This document shows, one piece after another, positions 35,151 through 50,100 of a DNA stretch of 64,000 bases; position 1 is the first letter of the stretch, and each line of letters begins with the position of its first letter. This DNA comes from Eledone cirrhosa (taxonomy: Eukaryota), in assembly GCA_964016885.1 (NCBI GenBank), contig OZ024740.1, positions 2,852,001 through 2,916,000 of the forward strand. The letters run 5' to 3'. The translations under genes and the position numbers were made by a program. A model generated the notes under the pieces. That model saw only the letters and a list, made by a program, of their open reading frames with translations, did no database searches and was not told the origin of the DNA.

Positions 35151-38100
35151 TTCCATGAGACATTCTAGCCACATGTTGATAGTATCGGAGCTGTGACCTC
35201 TCAATTCAGAGATTCTTTCCATGAGACATTCTAGCCACATGTTGATAGTATCGGAGCTGTGACCTCTCAATTCAGAGATTCTTTCCTGAGACATTCTAAC
35301 CACATGTCTGTAGTATCAGAGCTGTGACCTCTCAATTCAGAGATTCTTTCCTGAGACATTCTAGCCACATGTTGATAGTATCAGAGCTGTGACCTCTCAA
35401 TTCAGAGATTCTTTCCTGAGACATTCTAACCACATGTTGATAGTATCGGAGCTGTGACCTCTCAATTCAGAGATTCTTTCCATGAGACATTCTAGCCACA
35501 TGTTGATAGTATCGGAGCTGTGACCTCTCAATTCAGAGATTCTTTCCTGAGACAATCTAGCCACATGTTGATAGTATCGGAGCTGTGACCTCTCAATTCA
35601 GAGATTCTTTCCATGAGACATTCTAGCCACATGTTGATAGTATCGGAGCTGTGACCTCTCAATTCAGAGATTCTTTCCTGAGACATTCTAGCCACATGTT
35701 GATAGTATCGGAGCTGTGACCTCTCAATTCAGAGATTCTTTCCATGAGACATTCTAGCCACATGTTGATAGTATCGGAGCTGTGACCTCTCAATTCAGAG
35801 ATTCTTTCCATGAGACATTCTAACCACATGTTGATAGTATCGGAGCTGTGACCTCTCAATTCAGAGATTCTTTCCTGAGACATTCTAACCACATGTCTGT
35901 AGTATCAGAGCTGTGACCTCTCAATTCAGAGATTCTTTCCTGAGACATTCTAGCCACATGTTGATAGTATCAGAGCTGTGACCTCTCAATTCAGAGATTC
36001 TTTCCTGAGACATTCTAGCCACATGTTGATAGTATCAGAGCTGTGACCTCTCAATTCAGAGATTCTTTCCTGAGACATTCTAACCACATGTTGATAGTAT
36101 CGGAGCTGTGACCTCTCAATTCAGAGATTCTTTCCATGAGACATTCTAGCCACATGTTGATAGTATCGGAGCTGTGACCTCTCAATTCAGAGATTCTTTC
36201 CTGAGACATTCTAGCCACATGTTGATAGTATCGGAGCTGTGACCTCTCAATTCAGAGATTCTTTCCATGATACATTCTAGCCACATGTTGATAGTATCGG
36301 AGCTGTGACCTCTCAATTCAGAGATTCTTTCCTGAGACATTCTAGCCACATGTTGATAGTATCGGAGCTGTGACCTCTCAATTCAGAGATTCTTTCCATG
36401 AGACATTCTAGCCACATGTTGATAGTATCGGAGCTGTGACCTCTCAATTCAGAGATTCTTTCCTGAGACATTCTAACCACATGTTGATAGTATCGGAGCT
36501 GTGACCTCTCAATTCAGAGATTCTTTCCATGAGACATTCTAGCCACATGTTGATAGTATCAGAGCTGTGACCTCTCAATTCAGAGATTCTTTCCTGAGAC
36601 ATTCTAGCCACATGTTGATAGTATCGGAGCTGTGACCTCTCAATTCAGAGATTCTTTCCTGAGACATTCTAACCACATGTCTGTAGTATCAGAGCTGTGA
36701 CCTCTCAATTCAGAGATTCTTTCCTGAGACATTCTAACCACATGTTGATAGTATCGGAGCTGTGACCTCTCAATTCAGAAATTCTTTCCATGAGACATTC
36801 TAGCCACATGTTGATAGTATCGGAGCTGTGACCTCTCAATACAGAGATTCTTTCCTGAGACATTCTAGCCACATGTTGATAGTATCGGAGCTGTGACCTC
36901 TCAATTCAGAGATTCTTTCCATGAGACATTCTAGCCACATGTTGATAGTATCGGAGCTGTGACCTCTCAATTCAGAGATTCTTTCCATGAGACATTCTAG
37001 CCACATGTTGATAGTATCGGAGTTGTGACCTCTCAATTCAGAGATTCTTTCCATGAGACATTCTAGCCACATGTTGATAGTATCGGAGCTGTGACCTCTC
37101 AATTCAGAGATTCTTTCCATGAGACATTCTAGCCACATGTTGACAGTATCGGAGCTGTGACCTCTCAATTCAGAGATTCTTTCCATGAGACATTCTAGCC
37201 ACATGTTGATAGTATCGGAGCTGTGACCTCTCAATTCAGAGATTCTTTCCTGAGACATTCTAACCACATGTTGATAGTATCGGAGCTGTGAACTCTCAAT
37301 TCAGAGATTCTTTCCTGAGACATTCTAGCCACATGTTGATAGTATCAGGAGCTGTGACCTCTCAATTCAGAGATTCTTTCCTGAGACATTCTAACCACAT
37401 GTTGATAGTATCAGAGCTGTGACCTCTCAATTCAGAGATTCTTTCCTGAGACATTCTAACCACATGTCTGTAGTATCAGAGCTGTGACCTCTCAATTCAG
37501 AGATTCTTTCCTGAGACATTCTAACCACATGTTGATAGTATCGGAGCTGTGACCTCTCAATTCAGAGATTCTTTCCTGAGACATTCTAACCACATGTTGA
37601 TAGTATCAGAGCTGTGACCTCTCAATTCAGAGATTCTTTCCATGAGACATTCTAGCCACATGTTGATAGTATCGGAGCTGTGACCTCTCAATTCAGAGAT
37701 TCTTTCCTGAGACATTCTAGCCACATGTTGATAGTATCGGAGCTGTGACCTCTCAATTCAGAGATTCTTTCAATGAGACATTCTAGCCACATGTTGATAG
37801 AATCGGAGCTGTGACCTCTCAATTCAGAGATTCTTTCCATGAGACATTCTAGCCACATGTTGATAGTATCGGAGCTTTGACCTCTCAATTCAGAGATTAT
37901 TTCCATGAGACATTCTAGCCACATGTTGATAGTATCGGAGCTGTGACCTCTCAATTCAGAGATTCTTTCCATGAGACTTTCTAGCCACATGTTGATAGTA
38001 TCGGAGCTGTGACCTCTCAATTCAGAGATTCTTTCCATGAGACATTCTAGCCACATGTTGATAGTATCGGAGCTGTGACCTCTCAATTCAGAGATTCTTT

Positions 38101-41100
38101 CCTGAGACATTCTAACCACATGTTGATAGTATCAGAGCTGTGACCTCTCAGTTCAGAGATTCTTTCCATGAGACATTCTAGCCACATGTTGATAGTATCA
38201 GAGCTGTGACCTCTCAATTCAGAGATTCTTTCCTGAGACATTCTAACCACATGTTGATAGTATCAGAGCTGTGACCTCTCAATTCAGAGATTCTTTCCTG
38301 AGACATTCTAACCACATGTCTGTAGTATCAGAGCTGTGACCCTCTCAATTCAGAGATTCTTTCCTGAGACATTCTAACCACATGTTGATAGTATCGGAGC
38401 TGTGACCTCTCAATTCAGAGATTCTTTCCTGAGACATTCTAACCACATGTTGATAGTATCGGAGCTGTGACCTCTCAATTCAGAGATTCTTTCCTGAGAC
38501 ATTCTAACCACATGTTGATAGTATCGGAGCTGTGACCTCTCAATTCAGAGATTCTTTCCTGAGACATTCTAACCACATGTTGATAGTATCGAGCTGTGAC
38601 CTCTCAATTCAGAGATTCTTTCCTGAGACATTCTAACCACATGTTGATAGTATCGGAGCTGTGACCTCTCAATTCAGAGATTCTTTCCTGAGACATTCTA
38701 ACCACATGTTGATAGTATCGGAGCTGTGACCTCTCAATTCAGAGATTCTTTCCTGAGACATTCTAGCCACATGTTGATAGTATCGGAGCTGTGACCTCTC
38801 AATTCAGAGATTCTTTCCTGAGACATTCTAGCCACATGTTGATAGTATCGGAGCTGTGACCTCTCAATTCAGAGATTCTTTCCTGAGACATTCTAGCCAC
38901 ATGTTGATAGTATCGGAGCTGTGACCTCTCAATTCAGAGATTCTTTCCATGAGACATTCTAGCCACATGTTGATAGTATCGGAGCTTTGACCTCTCAATT
39001 CAGAGATTATTTCCATGAGACATTCTAGCCACATGTTGATAGTATTGGAGCTGTGACCTCTCAATTCAGAGATTCTTTCCTGAGACATTCTAGCCACATG
39101 TTGATAGTATCAGAGCTGTGACCTCTCAATTCAGAGATTCTTTCCTGAGACATTCTAACCACATGTTGATAGTATCAGAGCTGTGACCTCTCAATTCAGA
39201 GATTCTTTCCTGAGACATTCTAACCACATGTCTGTAGTATCAGAGCTGTGACCTCTCAATTCAGAGATTCTTTCCTGAGACATTCTAACCACATGTTGAT
39301 AGTATCGGAGCTGTGACCTCTCAATTCAGAGATTCTTTCCTGAGACATTCTAACCACATGTTGATAGTATCGGAGCTGTGACCTCATCAGATTCAGAGAT
39401 TCTTTCCATGAGACATTCTAGCCACATGTTGATAGTATCGGAGCTGTGACCTCTCAATTCAGAGATTCTTTCCTGAGACATTCTAGCCAGATGTTGATAG
39501 TATCGGAGCTGTGACCTCTCAATTCAGAGATTCTTTCCATGAGACATTCTAGCCACATGTTGATAGTATCGGAGCTGTGACCTCTCAATTCAGAGATTCT
39601 TTCCATGAGACATTCTAGCCACATGTTGATAGTATCGGAGCTTTACCTCTCAATTCAGAGATTATTTCCATGAGACATTCTAGCCACATGTTGATAGTAT
39701 CGGAGCTGTGACCTCTCAATTCAGAGATTCTTTCCATGAGACATTCTAGCCACATGTTGATAGTATCGGAGCTGTGACCTCTCAATTCAGAGATTCTTTC
39801 CATGAGACATTCTAGCCACATGTTGATAGTATTGGAGCTGTGACCTCTCAATTCAGAGATTCTTTCCTGAGACATTCTAACCACATGTTGATAGTATCGG
39901 AGCTGTGACCTCTCAATTCAGAGATTCTTTCCATGAGACATTCTAGCCACATGTTGATAGTATCAGAGCTGTGACCTCTCAATTCAGAGATTCTTTCCTG
40001 AGACATTCTAGCCACATGTTGATAGTATCGGAGCTGTGACCTCTCAATTCAGAGATTCTTTCCTGAGACATTCTAGCCACATGTTGATAGTATCGGAGCT
40101 GTGACCTCTCAATTCAGAGATTCTTTCCTGAGACATTCTAGCCACATGTTGATAGTATCGGAGCTGTGACCTCTCAATTCAGAGATTCTTTCCATGAGAC
40201 ATTCTAGCCACATGTTGATAGTATCAGAGCTGTGACCTCTCAATTCAGAGATTCTTTCCTGAGACATTCTAGCCACATGTTGATAGTATCGGAGCTGTGA
40301 CCTCTCAATTCAGAGATTCTTTCCTGAGACATTCTAGCCACATGTTGATAGTATCGGAGCTGTGACCTCTCAATTCAGAGATTCTTTCCATGAGACATTC
40401 TAGCCACATGTTGATAGTATCAGGAGCTGTGACCTCTCAATTCAGAGATTCTTTCATGAGACATTCTAGCCACATGTTGATAGTATCGGAGCTGTGACCT
40501 CTCAATTCAGAGATTCTTTCCATGAGTCATTCTAAGCCACATGTCTGTAGTATCAGAGCTGTGACCTCTCAATTCAGAGATTCTTTCCTGAGACATTCTA
40601 ACCACATGTTGATAGTATCAGAGCTGTGACCTCTCAATTCAGAGATTCTTTCATGAGACATTCTAGCCACATGTTGATAGTATCGGAGCTGTGACCTCTC
40701 AATTCAGAGATTCTTTCCTGAGACATTCTAGCCACATGTTGATAGTATCGGAGCTGTGACCTCTCAATTCAGAGATTCTTTCCATGAGACATTCTAGCCA
40801 CATGTTGATAGTATCGGAGCTGTGACCTCTCAATTCAGAGATTCTTTCCATGAGACATTCTAGCCACATGTTGATAGTATCGGAGCTGTGACCTCTCAAT
40901 TCAGAGATTCTTTCCATGAGACATTCTAGCCACATGTTGATAGTATCGGAGCTGTGACCTCTCAATTCAGAGATTCTTTCCATGAGACATTCTAGCCACA
41001 TGTTGATAGTATCGGAGCTGTGACCTCTCAATTCAGAGATTCTTTCCATGAGACATTCTAGCCACATGTTGATAGTATCGGAGCTGTGACCTCTCAATTC

Positions 41101-44100
41101 AGAGATTCTTTCCATGAGACATTCTAGCCACATGTTGATAGTATCGGAGCTGTGACCTCTCAATTCAGAGATTCTTTCCATGAGACATTCGATCCACATG
41201 TTGATAGTATCGGAGCTGTGACCTCTCAATTCAGAGATTCTTTCCATGAGACATTCTAGCCACATGTTGATAGTATCGGAGCTGTGACCTCTCAATTCAG
41301 AGATTCTTTCCATGAGGACATTCTAGCCACATGTTGATAGTATCGGAGCTGTGACCTCTCAATTCAGAGATTCTTTCATGAGACATTCTAGCCACATGTT
41401 GATAGTATCGGAGCTGTGACCTCTCAATTCAGAGATTCTTTCCATGAGACATTCTAGCATCATGTTGATAGTATCGGAGCTGTGACCTCTCAATTCAGAG
41501 ATTCTTTCCTGAGACATTCTAGCCACATGTTGATAGTATAGGAGCTGTGACCTCTCAATTCAGAGATTCTTTCCATGAGACATTCTAGCCACATGTTGAT
41601 AGTATCGGAGCTGTGACCTCTCAATTCAGAGATTCTTTCCATGAGACATTCTAGCCACATGTTGATAGTATCGGAGCTTTGACCTCTCAATTCAGAGATT
41701 ATTTCCATGAGACATTCTAGCCACATGTTGATAGTATCGGAGCTGTGACCTCTCAATTCAGAGATTCTTTCCATGAGACATTCTAGCCACATGTTGATAG
41801 TATCGGAGCTGTGACCTCTCAATTCAGAGATTCTTTCCATGAGACATTCTAGCCACATGTTGATAGTATCGGAGCTGTGACCTCTCAATTCAGAGATTCT
41901 TTCCATGAGACATTCTAGCCACATGTTGATAGTATCAGAGCTGTGACCTCTCAATTCAGAGATTCTTTCCTGAGACATTCTAGCCACATGTTGATAGTAT
42001 CGGAGCTGTGACCTCTCAATTCAGAGATTCTTTCCATGAGACATTCTAGCCACATGTTGATAGTATCGGAGCTGTGACCTCTCAATTCAGAGATTCTTTT
42101 CATGAGACATTCTAGCCACATGTTGATAGTATCGGAGCTGTGACCTCTCAATTCAGAGATTCTTTCCATGAGACATTCTAGCCACATGTTGATAGTATCG
42201 GAGCTGTGACCTCTCAATTCAGAGATTCTTTCCATGAGACATTCTAGCCACATGTTGATAGTATCGGAGCTGTGACCTCTCAATTCAGAGATTCTTTCCA
42301 TGAGACATTCTAGCCACATGTTAATAGTATCAGAGCTGTGACCTCTCAATTCAGAGATTCTTTCCTGAGACATTCTAGCCACATGTTGATAGTATCGGAG
42401 CTGTGACCTCTCAATTCAGAGATTCTTTCCTGAGACATTCTAGCCACATGTTGATAGTATCGGAGCTGTGACCTCTCAATTCAGAGATTCTTTCCTGAGA
42501 CATTCTAGCCACATGTTGATAGTATCGGAGCTGTGACCTCTCAATTCAGAGAATCTTTCCATGAGACATTCTAGCCACATGTTGATAGTATCAGAGCTGT
42601 GACCTCTCAATTCAGAGATTCTTTCCTGAGACATTCTAGCCACATGTTGATAGTATCGGAGCTGTGACCTCTCAATTCAGAGATTCTTTCCTGAGACATT
42701 CTAGCCACATGTTGATAGTATCGGAGCTGTGACCTCTCAATTCAGAGATTCTTTCCATGAGACATTCTAGCCACATGTTGATAGTATCAGAGCTGTGACC
42801 TCTCAATTCAGAGATTCTTTCATGAGACATTCTAGCCACATGTTGATAGTATCGGAGCTGTGACCTCTCAATTCAGAGATTCTTTCCTGAGTCATTCTAA
42901 CCACATGTCTGTAGTATCAGAGCTGTGACCTCTCAATTCAGAGATTCTTTCCTGAGACATTCTAACCACATGTTGATAGTATCAGAGCTGTGACCTCTCA
43001 ATTCAGAGATTCTTTTCATGAGACATTCTAGCCACATGTTGATAGTATCGGAGCTGTGACCTCTCAATTCAGAGATTCTTTCCTGAGACATTCTAGCCAC
43101 ATGTTGATAGTATCGGAGCTGTGACCTCTCAATCAGAGATTCTTTCCATGAGACATTCTAGCCACATGTTGATAGTATCGGAGCTGTGACCTCTCAATTC
43201 AGAGATCTTTCCATGAGACATTCTAGCCACATGTTGATAGTATCGGAGCTGTGACCTCTCAATTCAGAGATTCTTTCCATGAGACATTCTAGCCACATGT
43301 TGATAGTATCGGAGCTGTGACCTCTCAATTCAGAGATTCTTTCCATGAGACATTCTAGCCACATGTTGATAGTATCGGAGCTGTGACCTCTCAATTCAGA
43401 GATTCTTTCCATGAGACATTCTAGCCACATGTTGATAGTATCGGAGCTGTGACCTCTCAATTCAGAGATTCTTTCCATGAGACATTCTAGCCACATGTTG
43501 ATAGTATCGGGAGCTGTTGACCTCTCAATTCAGAGATTCTTTCCATGAGACATTCTAGCCACATGTTGATAGTATCGGAGCTGTGACCTCTCAATTCAGA
43601 GATTCTTTCCATGAGACATTCTAGCCACATGTTGATAGTATCGGAGCTGTGACCTCTCAATTCAGAGATTCTTTCCATGAGACATTCTAGCCACATGTTG
43701 ATAGTATCGGAGCTGTGACCTCTCAATTCAGAGATTCTTTCCATGAGACATTCTAGCCAATCATGTTGATAGTATCGGAGCTGTGACCTCTCAATTCAGA
43801 GATTCTTTCCTGAGACATTCTAGCCACATGTTGATAGTATCGGAGCTGTGACCTCTCAATTCAGAGATTCTTTCCATGAGACATTCTAGCCACATGTTGA
43901 TAGTATCGGAGCTGTGACCTCGCAATTCAGAGATTCTTTCCATGAGACATTCTAGCCACATGTTGATAGTATCGGAGCTGTGACCTCTCAATTCAGAGAT
44001 TCTTTCCATGAGACATTCTAGCCACATGTTGATAGTATCGGAGCTGTGACCTCTCAATTCAGAGATTCTTTCCATGAGACATTCTAGCCACATGTTGATA

Positions 44101-47100
44101 GTATCGGAGCTGTGACCTCTCAATTCAGAGATTCTTTCCATGAGACATTCTAGCCACATGTTGATAGTATCGGAGCTGTGACCTCTCAATTCAGAGATTC
44201 TTTCCATGAGACATTCTAGCCACATGTTGATAGTATCGGAGCTGTGACCTCTCAATTCAGAGATTCTTTCCATGAGACATTCTAGCATCATGTTGATAGT
44301 ATCGGAGCTGTGACCTCTCAATTCAGAGATTCTTTCCTGAGACATTCTAGCCACATGTTGATAGTATCGGAGCTGTGACCTCTCAATTCAGAGATTCTTT
44401 CCATGAGACATTCTAGCCACATGTTGATAGTATCGGAGCTGTGACCTCTCAATTCAGAGATTCTTTCCATGAGACATTCTAGCCACATGTTGATAGTATC
44501 GGAGCTTTGACCTCTCAATTCAGAGATTATTTCCATGAGACATTCTAGCCACATGTTGATAGTATCGGAGCTGTGACCTCTCAATTCAGAGATTCTTTCC
44601 ATGAGACATTCTAGCCACATGTTGATAGTATCGGAGCTGTGACCTCTCAATTCAGAGATTCTTTCCATGAGACATTCTAACCACATGTTGATAGTATCGG
44701 AGCTGTGACCTCTCAATTCAGAGATTCTTTCCATGAGACATTCTAGCGACATGTTGATAGTATCAGAGCTGTGACCTCTCAATTCAGAGATTCTTTCCTG
44801 AGACATTCTAGCCACATGTTGATAGTATCGGAGCTGTGACCTCTCAATTCAGAGATTCTTTCCATGAGACATTCTAGCCACATGTTGATAGTATCGGAGC
44901 TGTCACCTCTCAATTCAGAGATTCTTTTCATGAGACATTCTAGCCACATGTTGATAGTATCGGAGCTGTGACCTCTCAATTCAGAGATTCTTTCCATGAG
45001 ACATTCTAGCCACATGTTGATAGTATCGGAGCTGTGACCTCTCAATTCAGAGATTCTTTCCATGAGACATTCTAGCCACATGTTGATAGTATCGGAGCTG
45101 TGACCTCTCAATTCAGAGATTCTTTCCATGAGACATTCTAGCCACATGTTGATAGTATCGGAGCTGTGACCTCTCAATTCAGAGATTCTTTCCTGAGACA
45201 TTCTAACCACATGTTGATAGTATCGGAGCTGTGACCTCTCAATTCAGAGATTCTTTCCATGAGACATTCTAGCCACATGTTGATAGTATCAGAGCTGTGA
45301 CCTCTCAATTCAGAGATTCTTTCCTGAGACATTCTAACCAGATGTCTGTAGTATCAGAGCTGTGACCTCTCAATTCAGAGATTCTTTCCTGAGACAATCT
45401 AACCACATGTTGATAGTATCGGAGCTGTGACCTCTCAATTCAGAGATTCTTTCCTGAGACATTCTAGCCACATGTTGATAGTATCAGAGCTGTGACCTCT
45501 CAATTCAGAGATTCTTTCCTGAGACATTCTAACCACATGTTGATAGTATCAGAGCTGTGACCTCTCAATTCAGAGATTCTTTCCTGAGACATTCTAACCA
45601 CATGTTGATAGTATCGGAGCTGTGACCTCTCAATTCAGAGATTCTTTCCTGAGACATTCTAACCACATGTTGATAGTATCAGAGCTGTGACCTCTCAATT
45701 CAGAGATTCTTTCCTGAGACATTCTAACCACATGTTGATAGTATCGGAGCTGTGACCTCTCAATTCAGAGATTCTTTCCTGAGACATTCTAGCCACATGT
45801 TGATAGTATCAGAGCTGTGACCTCTCAATTCAGAGATTCTTTCCTGAGACATTCTAACCACATGTTGATAGTATCAGAGCTGTGACCTCTCAATTCAGAG
45901 ATTCTTTCCTGAGACATTCTAGCCACATGTTGATAGTATCGGAGCTGTGACCTCTCAATTCAGAGATTCTTTCCTGAGACATTCTAGCCACATGTTGATA
46001 GTATCGGAGCTGTGACCTCTCAATTCAGAGATTCTTTCCATGAGACATTCTAGCCACATGTTGATAGTATCGGAGCTGTGACCTCTCAATTCAGAGATTC
46101 TTTCCTGAGACATTCTAGCCACATGTTGATAGTATCGGAGCTGTGACCTCTCAATTCAGAGATTCTTTCCATGAGACATTCTAGCCACATGTTGATAGTA
46201 TCGGAGCTGTGACCTCTCAATTCAGAGATTCTTTCCTGAGACATTCTAGCCACATGTTGATAGTATCGGAGCTGTGACCTCTCAATTCAGAGATTCTTTC
46301 CATGAGACATTCTAGCCACATGTTGATAGTATCGGAGCTGTGACCTCTCAATTCAGAGATTCTTTCCTGAGACATTCTAGCCACATGTTGATAGTATCGG
46401 AGCTGTGACCTCTCAATTCAGAGATTCTTTCCATGAGACATTCTAGCCACATGTTGATAGTATCGGAGCTGTGACCTCTCAATTCAGAGATTCTTTCCTG
46501 AGACATTCTAGCCACATGTTGATAGTATCGGAGCTGTGACCTCTCAATTCAGAGATTCTTTCCATGAGACATTCTAGCCACATGTTGATAGTATCGGAGC
46601 TGTGACCTCTCAATTCAGAGATTCTTTCCATGAGACATTCTAGCCACATGTTGATAGTATCGGAGCTTTGACCTCTCAATTCAGAGATTATTTCCATGAG
46701 ACATTCTAGCCACATGTTGATAGTATCGGAGCTGTGACCTCTCAATTCAGAGATTCTTTCCATGAGACATTCTAGCCACATGTTGATAGTATCGGAGCTG
46801 TGACCTCTCAATTCAGAGATTCTTTCCATGAGACATTCTAGCCACATGTTGATAGTATTGGAGCTGTGACCTCTCAATTCAGAGATTCTTTCCTGAGACA
46901 TTCTAACCACATGTTGATAGTATCGGAGCTGTGACCTCTCAATTCAGAGATTCTTTCCATGAGACATTCTAGCCACATGTTGATAGTATCGGAGCTGTGA
47001 CCTCTCAATTCAGAGATTCTTTCCATGAGACATTCTAGCCACATGTTGATAGTATCGGAGCTGTGACCTCTCAATTCAGAGATTCTTTCCTGAGTCATTC

Positions 47101-50100
47101 TAACCACATGTCTGTAGTATCAGCGCTGTGACCTCTCAATTCAGAGATTCTTTCCATGAGACATTCTAGCCACATGTTGATAGTATCGGAGCTGTGACCT
47201 CTCAATTCAGAGATTCTTTCCTGAGTCATTCTAACCACATGTCTGTAGTATCAGAGCTGTGACCTCTCAATTCAGAGATTCTTTCCATGAGACATTCTAG
47301 CCACATGTTGATAGTATCGGAGCTGTGACCTCTCAATTCAGAGATTCTTTCCTGAGTCATTCTAACCACATGACTGTAGTATCAGAGCTGTGACCTCTCA
47401 ATTCAGAGATTCTTTTCATGAGACATTCTAGCCACATGTTGATAGTATCGGAGCTGTGACCTCTCAATTCAGAGATTCTTTCCTGAGATATTCTAGCCAC
47501 ATGTTGATAGTATCGGAGCTGTGACCTCTCAATTCAGAGATTCTTACCATGAGACATTCTAGCCACATGTTGATAGTATCGGAGCTGTGACCTCTCAATT
47601 CAGAGATTCTTTCCATGAGACATTCTAGCCACATATTGATAGTATCGGAGCTGTGACCTCTCAATTCAGAGATTCTTTCCATGAGACATTCTAGCCACAT
47701 GTTGATAGTATCGGAGCTGTGACCTCTCAATTCAGAGATTCTTTCCATGAGACATTCTAGCCACATGTTGATAGTATCGGAGCTGTGACCTCTCAATTCA
47801 GAGATTCTTTCCTGAGACATTCTAGCCACATGTTGATAGTATCAGAGCTGTGACCTCTCAATTCAGAGATTCTTTCCTGAGACATTCTAGCCACATGTTG
47901 AGAGTATCAGAGCTGTGACCTCTCAATTCAGAGATTCTTTCCTGAGACATTCTAGCCACATGTTGATAGTATCAGAGCTGTGACCTCTCAATTCAGAGAT
48001 TCTTTCCTGAGACATTCTAACCACATGTTGATAGTATCGGAGCTGTGACTTCTCAATTCAGAGATTCTTTCCATGAGACATTCTAGCCACATGTTGATAG
48101 TATCGGAGCTGTGACCTCTCAATTCAGAGATTCTTTCCTGAGACATTCTAGCCACATGTTGATAGTATCGGAGCTGTGACCTCTCAATTCAGAGATTCTT
48201 TCCATGAGACATTCTAGCCACATGTTGATAGTATCGGAGCTGTGACCTCTCAATTCAGAGATTCTTTCCCTGAGACATTCTAGCCACATGTTGATAGTAT
48301 CGGAGCTGTGACCTCTCAATTCAGAGATTGTTTCCCTGAGACATTCTAGCCACATGTTGATAGTATCGGAGCTGTGACCTCTCAATTCAGAGATTCTTTC
48401 CTGAGACATTCTAACCACATGTTGATAGTATCGGAGCTGTGACCTCTCAATTCAGAGATTCTTTCCATGAGACATTCTAGCCACATGTTGATAGTATCGG
48501 AGCTGTGACCTCTCAATTCAGAGATTCTTTCCTGAGACATTCTAACCACATGTCTGTAGTATCAGAGCTGTGACCTCTCAATTCAGAGATTCTTTCCTGA
48601 GACATTCTAACCACATGTTGATAGTATCAGAGCTGTGACCTCTCAATTCACAGATTCTTTCCTGAGACATTCTAGCCACATGTTGATAGTATCAGAGCTG
48701 TGACCTCTCAATTCAGAGATTCTTTCCTGAGACATTCTAACCACATGTTGATAGTATCGGAGCTGTGACCTCTCAATTCAGAGATTCTTTCCATGAGACA
48801 TTCTAGCCACATGTTGATAGTATCGGAGCTGTGACCTCTCAATTCAGAGATTCTTTCCTGAGACATTCTAGCCACATGTTGATAGTATCGGAGCTGTGAC
48901 CTCTCAATTCAGAGATTCTTTCCATGAGACATTCTAGCCACATGTTGATAGTATCGGAGCTGTGACCTCTCAATTCAGAGATTCTTTCCATGAGACATTC
49001 TAGCCACATGTTGATAGTATCGGAGCTGTGACCTCTCAATTCAGAGATTCTTTCCTGAGACATTCTAACCACATGTTGATAGTATCGGAGCTGTGACCTC
49101 TCAATTCAGAGATTCTTTCCTGAGTCATTCTAACCACATGTCTGTAGTATCAGAGCTGTGACCTCTCAATTCAGAGATTCTTTCCTGAGACATTCTAACC
49201 ACATGTTGATAGTATCAGAGCTGTGACCTCTCAATTCAGAGATTCTTTCCTGAGACATTCTAGCCACATGTTGATAGTATCAGAGCTGTGACCTCTCAAT
49301 TCAGAGATTCTTTCCTGAGACATTCTAAACCACATGTTCATAGTATCGGAGCTGTGACTTCTCAATTCAGAGATTCTTTCCATGAGACATTCTAGCCACA
49401 TGTTGATAGTATCGGAGCTGTGACCTGTCAATTCAGAGATTCTTTCCTGAGACATTCTAGCCACATGTTGATAGTATCGGAGCTGTGACCTCTCAATTCA
49501 GAGATTCTTTCCATGAGACATTCTAGCCACATGTTGATAGTATCGGAGCTGTGACCTCTCAATTCAGAGATTCTTTCCTGAGACATTCTAGCCACATGTT
49601 GATAGTATCGGAGCTGTGACCTCACAATTCAGAGATTCTTTCCATAAGACATTCTAGCCACATGTTGATAGTATCGGAGCTGTGACCTCTCAATTCAGAG
49701 ATTCTTTCCATGAGACATTCTAGCCACATGTTGATAGTATCGGAGCTGTGACCTCTCAATTCAGAGATTCTTTCCATGAGACATTCTAGCCACATGTTGA
49801 TAGTATCGGAGCTGTGACCTCTCAATTCAGAGATTCTTTCCTGTGACATTCTAACCACATGTTGATAGTATCGGAGCTGTGACCTCTCAATTCAGAGACT
49901 CTTTTCATGAGACATTCTAGCCACATGTTGATAGTATCAGAGCTGTGACCTCGCAATTCAGAGATTCTTTCCTGAGACATTCTAGCCACATGTTGATAGT
50001 ATCGGAGCTGTGACCTCTCAATTCAGAGATTCTTTCCATGAGACATTCTAGCCACATGTTGATAGTATCGGAGCTGTGACCTCTCAATTCAGAGATTCTT